Source: Mycolicibacterium smegmatis (lineage in GTDB: Bacteria > Actinomycetota > Actinomycetes > Mycobacteriales > Mycobacteriaceae). Taken from it: a stretch of 32,000 nucleotides of DNA. Numbering within the stretch: the stretch's first letter is position 1; every line of letters starts with the position of its first letter. The translations under genes were made by a program, and so were the position numbers. Positions 1 through 8,636 of the stretch are shown here, in pieces. Below the pieces are notes generated by a model, which was given only the letters and a program-made list of their open reading frames with translations, did not search any database and was not told where the DNA came from. The DNA lies in contig NZ_LN831039.1 in assembly GCF_001457595.1 (NCBI RefSeq), positions 6,720,001-6,752,000 on the forward strand. The letters are read 5' to 3'.

Positions 1-10
1 CAGCCGCGCG

Positions 11-943
11 GTGGCCGGCCCCGCCGATGACATCTCGGTGGGGCCCGGCCTGTCGTCCGCACCTGCCCGACGCCGCCGCGGCACGCTGCGCCGCATCGTC
101 ACGCAATGGGGTCCGGCGGTACCCTTCCTGATCGCTGCCGGTGGAATCCTCGCCGCGGCCGCATTCTGGCTGATCCGTACGAGTTTCAGCGGTCCCGACG
201 GTGGCTGGACCCTGCAAGCCTGGCAGGACATCTTCGCCCAGCAGATCACCCGTGCGGCCATGGTGCGCTCACTCGGGTTGTCGGCAGTCGTGGCGACGCT
301 GTGCCTCGTGCTGGGATCGGTGCTGGCGTACCTGGTCTCCGGCCTCGCCCGCCGCGGCCGCACCGCGGCACAGGCGTTGCTCAATGTGGCCGCCAACTTC
401 GGCGGTGCCTCCCTGGCTATCGCCATGGTGTCCACCCTGGGCGCAGTCGGATTCGTCCGCCTGCTGCTGCAGGACCGGTTCGGGTACGCGCTGGGGTTCG
501 ACCTGTACTCGTTCTGGGGTGTGGTGGTCACCTACATGTACTTCATCCTGCCGCTCTACGTGCTCCTGGTGCTGCCGGCCATGTCGGTGCTGCGCGCCGA
601 GTGGTGGGATGCCGTGCAGGCCGCGGGTGGGACGCGGTGGCACTACTGGCGTCACGTCGGACTGCCGGTGCTGTGCCCGTTCCTGCTCGCGGGCTGGGTC
701 CTGACCTTCGCCTGGTCGCTCGGCCAGTTCTCGGTTCCCTATGCACTTCTCGGCGACACCTCGGCGACGTCGTTGATCACCACGCGACTCGGCAACTTCC
801 TGTTCTCGGCCACCGGAGGGTCCAACCGCTTCGAACGCGCGGCAGCTCTCGCGGTCTTCCTGATGGTCATCTCGGCGCTGGCGCTCGTGCTCTATCGGCT
901 GATCGCCAACCGGATGCTGGCCCGATTGGAGAACCTGCGATGA
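11..943 (+). CDS. ABC transporter permease subunit (binding-protein-dependent importer, PotB/CysT-like)
   Basis: 310-aa ORF from GTG 11 with several long hydrophobic segments. EAA-type cytoplasmic loop (AEWWDAVQAAGGTRWHYWRHVGLPVLCPFLL). Its stop overlaps the next permease start (ATGA at 940-943). The start is uncertain because the window begins only 10 nt upstream. Confidence 0.8.
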   Translation: MAGPADDISVGPGLSSAPARRRRGTLRRIVTQWGPAVPFLIAAGGILAAAAFWLIRTSFSGPDGGWTLQAWQDIFAQQITRAAMVRSLGLSAVVATLCLVLGSVLAYLVSGLARRGRTAAQALLNVAANFGGASLAIAMVSTLGAVGFVRLLLQDRFGYALGFDLYSFWGVVVTYMYFILPLYVLLVLPAMSVLRAEWWDAVQAAGGTRWHYWRHVGLPVLCPFLLAGWVLTFAWSLGQFSVPYALLGDTSATSLITTRLGNFLFSATGGSNRFERAAALAVFLMVISALALVLYRLIANRMLARLENLR

Positions 944-1764
944 CCCGCATGTCCCGCTGGGCGCTCCTCGGCCTGTGGAGCGTGTTCCTCGTGCTTCCGG
1001 TGCTGGCGACCCTGCTCTACTCGCTGGCCACGGTGTGGCGCGGGCGAGCCTTCCCGGACGGATACACCCTCGCGTGGTGGGTTCAGGCCTTCAGCGAGCC
1101 GCGGGTGGTATCGGCCCTGATGCGGTCGGTATGGCTGGCCGTGCTCACCGTCGTCGTGGTCGCGGCCGTCGTACTACCCGCCCTGTACTGGGGCCACATC
1201 CGCAACGGACGGATCCGTACGGTGATGCAACTGTGCGCGCTCTTGCCGTTCGCGCTGCCGTTCGTGGTGCTGGCCTACGGCATCAAACGTCTCGCCGGGG
1301 CCAGTGAACTCACCCAGCCGTGGGAGTCCAGCCCCGTGCTCGTCGTCCTCGGCCACGTCGCGCTGTCCTTCCCGTTCTTCCTGTGGCCCGTGGACGGCGC
1401 CATGTCCGCGGCCGGTGTACGGCAGCTGTCCGAGGCTGCCGAGACCTCGGGCGCCACACCGTTGGCCACGTTGTTCCGGGTCGTCATCCCGAACATCCGC
1501 ACCGGCATCCTGACGGGCGCGATCCTGACGTTCGCCACATCGTTCGGTGAGTACTCCATCGCCCGTGTCATCACCGGAAGCTCGTTCGAGACGCTGCCGG
1601 TCTGGCAGGTCTCCGCGCTGCAGGACACCCGCGGCAACCCCAACGGCGTCGCGGTCATGGCGATCTTCACATTCCTGCTCATGTTCATCGTCTCGGTGCT
1701 CATCGCACGGACCGGCAAGGGACAACCCCTGCGGCTTCTGCCGGGCATCGGCAACACACGATAG
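940..1764 (+). CDS. ABC transporter permease subunit (second membrane component)
   Basis: Internal ATG at 940 of track ORF 106..1764. The upstream part of that ORF is an Arg/Gly-rich out-of-frame overlap with the first permease. 274 aa, strongly hydrophobic, with EAA loop LSEAAETSGATPLATLFRVVIPNIRTG. Confidence 0.85.
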   Translation: MTRMSRWALLGLWSVFLVLPVLATLLYSLATVWRGRAFPDGYTLAWWVQAFSEPRVVSALMRSVWLAVLTVVVVAAVVLPALYWGHIRNGRIRTVMQLCALLPFALPFVVLAYGIKRLAGASELTQPWESSPVLVVLGHVALSFPFFLWPVDGAMSAAGVRQLSEAAETSGATPLATLFRVVIPNIRTGILTGAILTFATSFGEYSIARVITGSSFETLPVWQVSALQDTRGNPNGVAVMAIFTFLLMFIVSVLIARTGKGQPLRLLPGIGNTR

Positions 1765-1773
1765 GAGTATCTC

Positions 1774-2817
1774 GTGCCCAGCGCTGTTCAGATCGAGTCG
1801 GCCACAAAGGTTTACGGGTCCACCAAGGCCCTCGACAATGTCTCACTCCACATCGATCCCGGCCAGATGGTCGCCCTACTCGGGCCATCGGGTTGCGGAA
1901 AGACGTCGCTGCTGCGGGCCATCGCGGGGCTCAATCCCCTCGACCGCGGTGCGATCCGCATCGGTGAAAGCGACGTCACCATGGTGCCCGCCCGGCTGCG
2001 CCCGATCGGCATGGTGTTCCAGCACTACGCACTGTTTCCCAATATGACAGTCGCGGAGAACATCTCGTTTCCGCTGACCATCAACAAGCAGCGGCGCGCA
2101 CAGCGTGCGCAGCGTGTCGGGGAACTGCTCGAGCTGATCGGCATGACCGCGCTCGCCGACCGTTACCCCAACCAGCTCTCGGGTGGCCAGCAACAGCGCG
2201 TGGCGCTCGCGCGGGCGCTGGCACCCGAGCCTGATGTCCTGCTTCTCGACGAGCCCCTGGCCGCGCTCGATGCCGCGATCCGCAACGACCTGCGCGACGA
2301 GATCCGGCGCATCCAGCACCGCGTCGGCACCACAGCGGTATTCGTCACGCACGACCAGTCCGAGGCGATGGCGGTGGCCGACCGCGTCGCGGTGATGGAC
2401 CGCGGCCGCATCCTCGAGGTCGCCGCTCCCCCGGAGATCTACGAACGGCCCACGTCGCGTTTCGCGGCCACCTTCATCGGTTCCCGAAACGCGCTGGAGT
2501 TGCCGGTCGACGCCGACCGTGTCGTGCGATGGGGCACGGCATTCAGCGTTGTGGCCCCGGATGCGGCCAACGGCAAGGCTCTCGCGGTGTTCCGACCCGA
2601 GGATGTCCGCCTCACCGCGCATCAAGGTGTGGCGGGGACCGTCGACGTCGTGGTGTTCCTCGGTGCAACCAGCCGGGTGTACGTCACCGTCGAGGGCGAG
2701 GCCGGGGACCACACCGTGCACGTCGACCTGCCGTCACGTGCTGCTGCAAATTTCGTTCCGGGACAACGTGTCGGCGTTGTCGTCGCGCCAGAGAAAGTCC
2801 GGGTGTTCGCCTCATGA
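1774..2817 (+). CDS. ABC transporter ATP-binding protein (PotA/FbpC/MalK-type importer ATPase)
   Basis: Walker A GPSGCGKTS, ABC signature LSGGQQQR, Walker B LLLDEPLAALD and H-loop VTHDQ. The C-terminal ~110 aa resemble a TOBE-like regulatory domain. Confidence 0.92.
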   Translation: MPSAVQIESATKVYGSTKALDNVSLHIDPGQMVALLGPSGCGKTSLLRAIAGLNPLDRGAIRIGESDVTMVPARLRPIGMVFQHYALFPNMTVAENISFPLTINKQRRAQRAQRVGELLELIGMTALADRYPNQLSGGQQQRVALARALAPEPDVLLLDEPLAALDAAIRNDLRDEIRRIQHRVGTTAVFVTHDQSEAMAVADRVAVMDRGRILEVAAPPEIYERPTSRFAATFIGSRNALELPVDADRVVRWGTAFSVVAPDAANGKALAVFRPEDVRLTAHQGVAGTVDVVVFLGATSRVYVTVEGEAGDHTVHVDLPSRAAANFVPGQRVGVVVAPEKVRVFAS

Positions 2818-3833
2818 CAGACCCCATGGTCGTCCTCGTCATCATCGACGGTGCCGGCGCGCGTCAGGTGCGCCCTGACACGATGCCGACACTGCACTCG
2901 CTCGCCACCTCGGGTGCCTGGCATCCCGAGGGTTCCGAGGCCGTGCTGTGCTCGGCGACCTACCCGAACATCCTGACCCTGGTGACGGGTAGCTCTCCCA
3001 CGCAGCACCGCGTGTTTGCCAACCCGCTTTTCGGGCATGAGCTGGCCGGAACATCCTCGGTCACCACAGTTTTCGAACGCGCCGGCGATCGGGCTTCGGA
3101 GTTCGTCGTCGGTGATCAGTACCTGATCGATGTGGGCCGGGCGCGCACCGCGGGCCGGCACTGGCCACCTGAGGGAGTCCTGCCGGACGACGCCTTCCGC
3201 GACGAATTCGGCTACGCCACCGACTGCGCGGTGCTACCCCACGCACTGGCCGCCGTCGGGCGCCGACCCGATCTTCTCGTGGTGCATCTCAACGGGCCCG
3301 ACACCGCGAGCCATCTGCACGGGCCGGACAGTGACGCCGCTGTGGAGTCCTACCGCACCTCCGACGCCACGCTGGCATCGTTGGTCGACGCCCTGCGCCC
3401 GCACTGGGACAACCTCCTGCTGCTGGTCACCTCCGACCACGACCAGGAGACCATCCACGACGACCGCCGCATCGACCTCGCCGGCCTGGCATCCGCGCGC
3501 GGCGTCGACGCCACGGTGTTCCACGAGGGCACCGCGGCCGTGATCTGCGGACCCGGCGCCGCCGATGCGCGCTGGCTGTCCGACGTGGCAGGCATCGAGC
3601 GGTCCTGGCTGGTGGAACCGGGACTCCGGGTGGCCGCGAGCGAACCGCACCACTGGTTCGCCACAGCCGATGGGCCTACCCGTGGCGGGGCCCACGGCGG
3701 TCCCAGAACCCGCGGACAGGTGGCGGTCGCGGCAGGCGGGCACCCGATGGTCGGCCGTATCGCCGGGGCGTGGCGCCACCGGCAACCGCGCGCCGAGGAC
3801 TGGGCGGGCCTGGCACTGTCCGTATTCGGCTGA
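2814..3833 (+). CDS. Alkaline-phosphatase superfamily protein, nucleotide pyrophosphatase/phosphodiesterase (NPP) type
   Basis: ATG 2814 overlaps the ATPase stop (ATGA). N-terminal VVLVIIDGAGAR...MPTLHSL...SATYPNILTLVTG...QH and later LLVTSDHD match the metal-ligand/nucleophile core of NPP/AP-family enzymes. 339 aa. Confidence 0.7.
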   Translation: MTDPMVVLVIIDGAGARQVRPDTMPTLHSLATSGAWHPEGSEAVLCSATYPNILTLVTGSSPTQHRVFANPLFGHELAGTSSVTTVFERAGDRASEFVVGDQYLIDVGRARTAGRHWPPEGVLPDDAFRDEFGYATDCAVLPHALAAVGRRPDLLVVHLNGPDTASHLHGPDSDAAVESYRTSDATLASLVDALRPHWDNLLLLVTSDHDQETIHDDRRIDLAGLASARGVDATVFHEGTAAVICGPGAADARWLSDVAGIERSWLVEPGLRVAASEPHHWFATADGPTRGGAHGGPRTRGQVAVAAGGHPMVGRIAGAWRHRQPRAEDWAGLALSVFG

Positions 3834-3891
3834 CGCCGAACGATTTCAGGGGCCACACCCGAAACGCGGCGCGGGCATCTACGGTGCAACC

Positions 3892-5361
3892 GTGAACTTC
3901 GACGAATACCGCACATTCGACGCCACGGGACTGGCCGAACTCGTCGCCGACAAGCAGGTGACGGCCGCCGAACTGCTCGAGGTCGCGCAGGCCCGCGCCG
4001 AAGCGGTCAACCCGAGGATCAACGCGATCGTGCGGGAGGTCCCCGCGGCACCCGCCGACGCCGCACCGGGCCCGTTCACCGGAGTGCCCTTTCTCATCAA
4101 GGACATCGGTCAGGACTACGCCGGTGTGCCCTCCTCGCGCGGTTCACGTGCTTTGAGGTCGATCCCGGTCACCGAGCACGCCACGGTCGTACAGCGGTGG
4201 ATCGAGGCCGGTCTGGTGATCTTCGGCAAGACCAACACACCCGAGTTCGGCGCCAAGGGCATCACCGAACCCGAGGCGTGGGGCCCGACGCGCAATCCGT
4301 GGAATCTGACGCACACCCCGGGCGGATCCTCGGGCGGGTCGGCGGCCGCCGTCGCGGCGGGCATCGTGCCGTGCGCGGGTGCCAACGACGGCGGCGGGTC
4401 GATCCGGATCCCGGCGGCGTGCTGCGGGCTGGTGGGCCTGAAACCGGGCCGCGGTCTGACGCCGATGGGACCGGCGCTGTCCGAATCGGTGCACGGCGCG
4501 ACGGTGCAGGGCGTGGTGTCGCGGACGGTGCGCGACACCGCGGCCATGCTCGACGTGATCAGCGGCGGCGAACCGAGTGGTCCGTACGCACCGAAACTGC
4601 CCGGGACACCGTTCGCGTCGGCCGTGGGCGCCGACCCGGGCAAGCTGCGGATCGGGGTGCGCGTCCCGTCGGCCATCAACCCGAACCCGCATCGCGAGGC
4701 GTACGCGGCGGTCGAGGCCACCGCGCAGACGCTCACCGCGCTCGGACACCACGTCGAGGAGCTTCCGCAAGCGCCGTTCGACGACGCGGCGCTGGCGCGC
4801 GAGTTCCTGCTCTCGTGGTTCGTCTACACCGCGTGGGAACTCGAAGAGGCCAAGCGCATCTCGGGTGCGGGTGACGAGGCGTTCGAACGCGACACGCTCA
4901 TCCTGGCCGCGATCGGCCGCGCGACCAGCAGCGTCGCCTACGTCGACGCCGTGCAGCGACGCCACGACCACACGCGTCGGCTCACGACGTTCTTCGAGTC
5001 CTACGACCTGTTGATGACGCCCACACTGGCCACCCCACCGCCGCGGATCGGCGAATTCGAGCTGCCCGAACTCCTCAAGCGCGGGTCGGACGTACTGCTC
5101 AAGACCCGCACCGCGGGTCTGCTGCGCTTCACCAAGATCCTCGACGACAGCGTCGATGCGAACCTGGCATGGGTGCCCTACACGCAGTTGGCGAACATCA
5201 CCGGGCGGCCTGCGGTCACGCTGCCGCTGCACTGGACCGCCGACGGTCTGCCACTCGGGGTGCAGTTCGTGGCGCCGCTGGAAGGCGAATCGCTGCTCAT
5301 CCGGCTCGGGGCACAACTCGAAGAGGCGATGCCGTGGAAGGACCGCGTCGCACCGGTGTGA
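3892..5361 (+). CDS. Amidase (amidase-signature family, Ser-cisSer-Lys)
   Basis: GTG 3892 within ORF 3565..5361. Gly/Ser-rich amidase signature GGSSGGSAAAVAAG followed by GGSIRIPAA, with an upstream FLIKD lysine. 489 aa. Confidence 0.85.
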   Translation: MNFDEYRTFDATGLAELVADKQVTAAELLEVAQARAEAVNPRINAIVREVPAAPADAAPGPFTGVPFLIKDIGQDYAGVPSSRGSRALRSIPVTEHATVVQRWIEAGLVIFGKTNTPEFGAKGITEPEAWGPTRNPWNLTHTPGGSSGGSAAAVAAGIVPCAGANDGGGSIRIPAACCGLVGLKPGRGLTPMGPALSESVHGATVQGVVSRTVRDTAAMLDVISGGEPSGPYAPKLPGTPFASAVGADPGKLRIGVRVPSAINPNPHREAYAAVEATAQTLTALGHHVEELPQAPFDDAALAREFLLSWFVYTAWELEEAKRISGAGDEAFERDTLILAAIGRATSSVAYVDAVQRRHDHTRRLTTFFESYDLLMTPTLATPPPRIGEFELPELLKRGSDVLLKTRTAGLLRFTKILDDSVDANLAWVPYTQLANITGRPAVTLPLHWTADGLPLGVQFVAPLEGESLLIRLGAQLEEAMPWKDRVAPV

Positions 5362-5376
5362 TCGCCCGGCGGGCGA
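5362..5376. terminator. Short GC hairpin between convergent stop codons (possible bidirectional terminator)
   Basis: tcgccc-ggc-gggcga: a perfect 6-bp stem with a 3-nt loop. It fills most of the 18-nt gap between the amidase stop (5359-5361) and the LysR stop (5380-5382). No U-tract. Confidence 0.25.
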
Positions 5377-5379
5377 GGA

Positions 5380-6273
5380 TCAGGCGGTGAGCTCGTAGAG
5401 CGTGCTGCGCAACCACAGGTGGCTCGCGTCGTGGTCGAGCCGCGGGTGCCACACGGCATAGAACGGCAACTGCGGAAAGCTCTTGGGCGCGTCGAGGATC
5501 CGCACCGCTGACGGGTTGGCCAGCTTGGCGACCAGGCGCGCCGGGAACGTCACCACCAGGTCGGTTCCGGCCAGCATGTCCACCGCGAAGGTGTAGAAGG
5601 GCGTCGAGACGGCCACTTTGCGGGGGACCGGCAGGGCGTCCTCGATCAGGTGGGTGGTGCCCTGCTCGATCTCGATGCGGATGTGCGGGTAGGCCAGGTA
5701 GTCCTGCAGCGTCACCTGCGGACGGGCGGCCAGCGGGTGCTCGTGTGCCACCGCGCAGACGAAGTGATCGGTGAACAGTTCCCGGTGGGCCAGGTGCGAC
5801 GCCGCAGGCCGACCGACGACGAGCAGGTCGATGCCACCCGCGTTCAACTCGGCGAAGGCCTCGTCGTCGAGTTGCTGATAGACCACCGACGACCCGGGCG
5901 AGCGCTGATGGATCGTACGGGCCAGGTCGGCGCCGAACAGCGCGACCGAGTAGTCACTGAGCGCCAGCCGGTACGACTCGGTGGCGGTGCCCGGTTCGAA
6001 GTTCTCCGGCCCGAACAGCACATCGAGTTCGGGCATCAGACCGGCCAGCCGAGCCTGCAGTCGCTCGGCTCGCGGCGTGAGGGTGTAACCGTCGCGGCCC
6101 GCGACCAGCAACGCGTCGTCGAACGTGCGGCGCAGCCGCTGCAGAGCGCGGCTCATGGCGGGCTGACTCAGGCCGACACGCGCCGCGGCCCGCGAGACCT
6201 GGCGCTCCTCGAGCAGCGCGGCCAGCGCGGGGAGCAAATTCAGGTCGACACCACCGATATGCGTTTGGCGCAT
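5380..6273 (-). CDS. LysR-family transcriptional regulator (NodD-like N-terminus)
   Basis: 297 aa. N-terminal wHTH DLNLLPALAALLEERQVSRAAARVGLSQPAMSRALQRLR, followed by a LysR substrate-binding domain. Confidence 0.9.
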   Translation of the reverse strand: MRQTHIGGVDLNLLPALAALLEERQVSRAAARVGLSQPAMSRALQRLRRTFDDALLVAGRDGYTLTPRAERLQARLAGLMPELDVLFGPENFEPGTATESYRLALSDYSVALFGADLARTIHQRSPGSSVVYQQLDDEAFAELNAGGIDLLVVGRPAASHLAHRELFTDHFVCAVAHEHPLAARPQVTLQDYLAYPHIRIEIEQGTTHLIEDALPVPRKVAVSTPFYTFAVDMLAGTDLVVTFPARLVAKLANPSAVRILDAPKSFPQLPFYAVWHPRLDHDASHLWLRSTLYELTA

Positions 6274-6537
6274 ACGGTCAATACTAGGAATTCATTGGGC
6301 AGATAGCGGCGGATACGCGCACCCTCTTAGTACAGCGGCTGTCGCCTGACAGGAACTCGAAAGGAATTGGTGATGCGGTCCCTGGCTCTCGATGTTCCCA
6401 CCGACCGCACAGCGGGTACTCCTTGTCGACCTGTGCCAGCCCGACAAACATCTGTCGCACCGTTGTCGGCGTTGCCCAATCATCGTCTTTGCTGACGAGG
6501 CACCATGGAAAGAGACGACCAAGGGAAGGAGGGAACA

Positions 6538-7197
6538 GTGCGCCCCCATGGCACCGACCACGAGGGTAGGACGACCTCGTGGTTGGCCGACGATCCAGAA
6601 CTCACCACCTTCGCGCTCCGCATGCCGAGGTGGCCTGCGCTCGTGCGTTTGCGGGGACGGGATCCACTCGTACGCGCCGTCGATCGCGTCGAGGCCCTGA
6701 TCTTCTGCCTGGTCGTCGTGGTGGCGGTGCTCGCCGTTCCCGTCGTCGGTGCAATCGGCACCGCGGTCCACGATGCCCGCAGCCAGCACAATGCCCAGGC
6801 CGCCGCCAGCCGCACCCCGGTGGAGGCCACGGTGGTCGACATCTCCACCGACGCCGGCGACGCCTTTGCCAACACCCACACCGTGACCGGGCGCTGGTTG
6901 GTCGACGGCACCGAGCACACCGGCGTCGTTCCGGCCTCGCCGAACGTCTCGGTCGGTGACACCGTGCAGATCTGGGTCGACCGGTCAGGTGCGTGGGCTC
7001 CCGCGCCGCCACCGGCGTCGAGTGCGGCCGCAGATGCGATCACGCTCTCGGTGCTCATCCTGTTCGGCTTGGCCGGTGCCACGCTCACGGTTCTGGTGCT
7101 GACCCGGAAATCCTGCGACCGGGTCCGGTTCAACCGGTGGCAGCACGGTCTCGACGCCTTCATCGACCACGGCGACGGTTACGCCAGCCGTCCCTGA
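6538..7197 (+). CDS. Rv1733c-like conserved actinobacterial membrane protein (two TM helices)
   Basis: Matches my recollection of M. tuberculosis Rv1733c: FALRMPRWPALVRLRGRDPLVRAVDRVEA..GAIGTAVHDARS...ATVVD...GRWLVDG..HTG...GDTVQIWVD, and C-terminal TM ITLSVLILFGLAGATLTVLVL..NRWQHGLD. I prefer the start at GTG 6538 because GGAGG lies at 6528-6532 and the homology extends upstream of ATG 6622. ATG 6505 is an alternative. Confidence 0.75.
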   Translation: MRPHGTDHEGRTTSWLADDPELTTFALRMPRWPALVRLRGRDPLVRAVDRVEALIFCLVVVVAVLAVPVVGAIGTAVHDARSQHNAQAAASRTPVEATVVDISTDAGDAFANTHTVTGRWLVDGTEHTGVVPASPNVSVGDTVQIWVDRSGAWAPAPPPASSAAADAITLSVLILFGLAGATLTVLVLTRKSCDRVRFNRWQHGLDAFIDHGDGYASRP

Positions 7198-7206
7198 CCG
7201 CTCGGC

Positions 7207-7225
7207 TTTGTCGGGATCCGACAAA
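7207..7225 (+). terminator. Stem-loop 10 nt after the Rv1733c-like stop (candidate intrinsic terminator or RNA element)
   Basis: tttgtcgg-gat-ccgacaaa: a perfect 8-bp stem with a 3-nt loop, followed by ttctgc, which is only a weak U-tract. Confidence 0.3.
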
Positions 7226-7323
7226 TTCTGCTGGTCGGTTTTCGTCAATTCACGGCGTGACCGGCCGACATTGTCTGCAAGCTCGAGGCAGGCCCAGGGG
7301 GTGGGCCTGAAGGGAGGGACCAC

Positions 7324-7809
7324 GTGACCGCCACCATCCGACGACACACCATCTCCAGATATCTGCGGCGCTCTCGCGGAACCGGGACGCTGCGACTGCG
7401 CCTGAAGCCGGCACATCAACGGTGCGGTTTCGTGCAGGGAGCCTGGTGGCCGCGCTCGACCGTGTTGGGCACCGAGCTTTCGCCTCTCCTCGCGGCGATC
7501 AGGACCCGCTCCGGCACGATCGAGCGCGTCCGGTATCACGCGGGCGACTGGTCGGAAGCCGGAACTCAACCGGCCGACGACGTGGTGCTCGACGGCAGTT
7601 CGCCGTCACCGCACGTCGTGACCTTGCAAGGTCCGGATCTCGGCGAACTCAGGTTGCTGGTCGTTCCGCCCTACACCGAGCCCACCCACGCCTATGACAT
7701 CGTGGTGGCCGCGTCCAGCGTCCACGATTCGTCCACACCCGATCAGCTTCTCGAGCTCTCACAACCCGAGTTCGGCGATCTGCTGCAGGAACGCCCGCGC
7801 GGGCGCTGA
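7324..7809 (+). CDS. DUF5994-like uncharacterised actinobacterial protein
   Basis: 161 aa from GTG 7324, with GGGAGGGA just upstream. It contains the GAWWPRS...EL..LL motif that I associate with DUF5994. The 3' end overlaps the convergent LysR gene by 51 nt. Confidence 0.6.
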   Translation: MTATIRRHTISRYLRRSRGTGTLRLRLKPAHQRCGFVQGAWWPRSTVLGTELSPLLAAIRTRSGTIERVRYHAGDWSEAGTQPADDVVLDGSSPSPHVVTLQGPDLGELRLLVVPPYTEPTHAYDIVVAASSVHDSSTPDQLLELSQPEFGDLLQERPRGR

Positions 7810-8619
7810 GGCACTCGCCGAGACGGCCACACCCAGGTTCCGCACCGTCGTCGGTGTCAGCGGCCTGATCACGACCCCGTCGGGCAGATCGGGCAGACCT
7901 GCACTCGGCAGGATGCTCACGCCCAGTCCCGCCCGCACGATCTCCAGCACGGCCGAGAGGCCACGCGCCTCGAATGCCACGTCGAAGTCGACACCGATGC
8001 TCTGCGCGACCGGTGTGAAGGCATCGGCGCACCCGCCCGTCGACCGGACGAACGGCTCTTTGGCGAGTTCGACGTAATCGACCACGTCCCACCCGGCGAG
8101 CCTGCTGTCCGCCGGGACCACGGCGACCATGTCCTGGTCACCCAGCACCGCGGATTGGAGGCCCTTGACGGGCAGACTCACCACACCGGCTTCGGCGGCG
8201 CCCCGGTCGAGCCAGTCCCGCACCTCCTCCTCACTGCCCTCGAGAAGCCGGACCGCGACCGCCGGATGACGCTCCCGGAATTCCCGCACGTGCGGCGCGA
8301 CCAGCGTCCCGGTCACGCTCGGCAGGCTGGCCAGGGTCAGGGTTCCGGTGAGCGATCCGGCCAGCGCCGCAACATCTTTGCGCATCGCGGTGAGATGGCT
8401 GACGGCTTCCCTGGCATGCCCCAATGCGAGCTCACCCGCCTCGGTCAGCGATACGCCGCCGCGCTCGCGGACCAGCAATGGCAGCGCCAGCTCCTTCTCC
8501 AGCGCGGCGACCGCACGACTCACGGCAGGCTGCGACAGCCCCAGTTCGCGGCTGGCCGAGGTGAAGCTACCGGTCTCCACAACCGCCACGAAGGCCCTCA
8601 GCTGCAGCAGCGTGGACAT
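7759..8619 (-). CDS. LysR-family transcriptional regulator
   Basis: wHTH MSTLLQLRAFVAVVETGSFTSASRELGLSQPAVSRAVAALEKEL plus a LysR effector domain. ATG 8619 gives the canonical N-terminus and has GGGGG upstream. ATG 8634, the track start, is the alternative. Confidence 0.88.
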   Translation of the reverse strand: MSTLLQLRAFVAVVETGSFTSASRELGLSQPAVSRAVAALEKELALPLLVRERGGVSLTEAGELALGHAREAVSHLTAMRKDVAALAGSLTGTLTLASLPSVTGTLVAPHVREFRERHPAVAVRLLEGSEEEVRDWLDRGAAEAGVVSLPVKGLQSAVLGDQDMVAVVPADSRLAGWDVVDYVELAKEPFVRSTGGCADAFTPVAQSIGVDFDVAFEARGLSAVLEIVRAGLGVSILPSAGLPDLPDGVVIRPLTPTTVRNLGVAVSASASAPARAFLQQIAELGL

Positions 8620-8636
8620 CGCGCCCCCTGACATAC

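Noticed and set aside
106-939. N-terminal extensions of track ORFs: 106-939, 2529-2813, 3565-3891, 14876-15508, 16231-16968, 29792-30307, 21809-22396, 19577-19693, 21093-21125, 26234-26398 and 26305-26418.
   Set aside because: The extensions overlap the preceding gene in another frame and have Arg/Pro-rich nonsense composition. Internal starts give canonical family N-termini, SD sequences or 4-nt stop/start overlaps.
6369-6400. A DosR (DevR) box upstream of the Rv1733c-like gene, expected by analogy with M. tuberculosis Rv1733c.
   Set aside because: Only isolated half-site-like pentamers are present (GTCCC at 6378-6382, GTTCCC nearby). No GGGAC-N4-GTCCC dyad lies within reach, and the best alignment matches too few consensus positions to be called.
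7291-7307. The hairpin GGCCCA-ggggg-TGGGCC as a transcription terminator.
   Set aside because: It sits immediately upstream of the DUF5994 SD and start and has no U-tract. It is more plausibly a 5'-UTR structure or coincidental GC-rich dyad symmetry. It is mentioned under the gene-pair finding instead.
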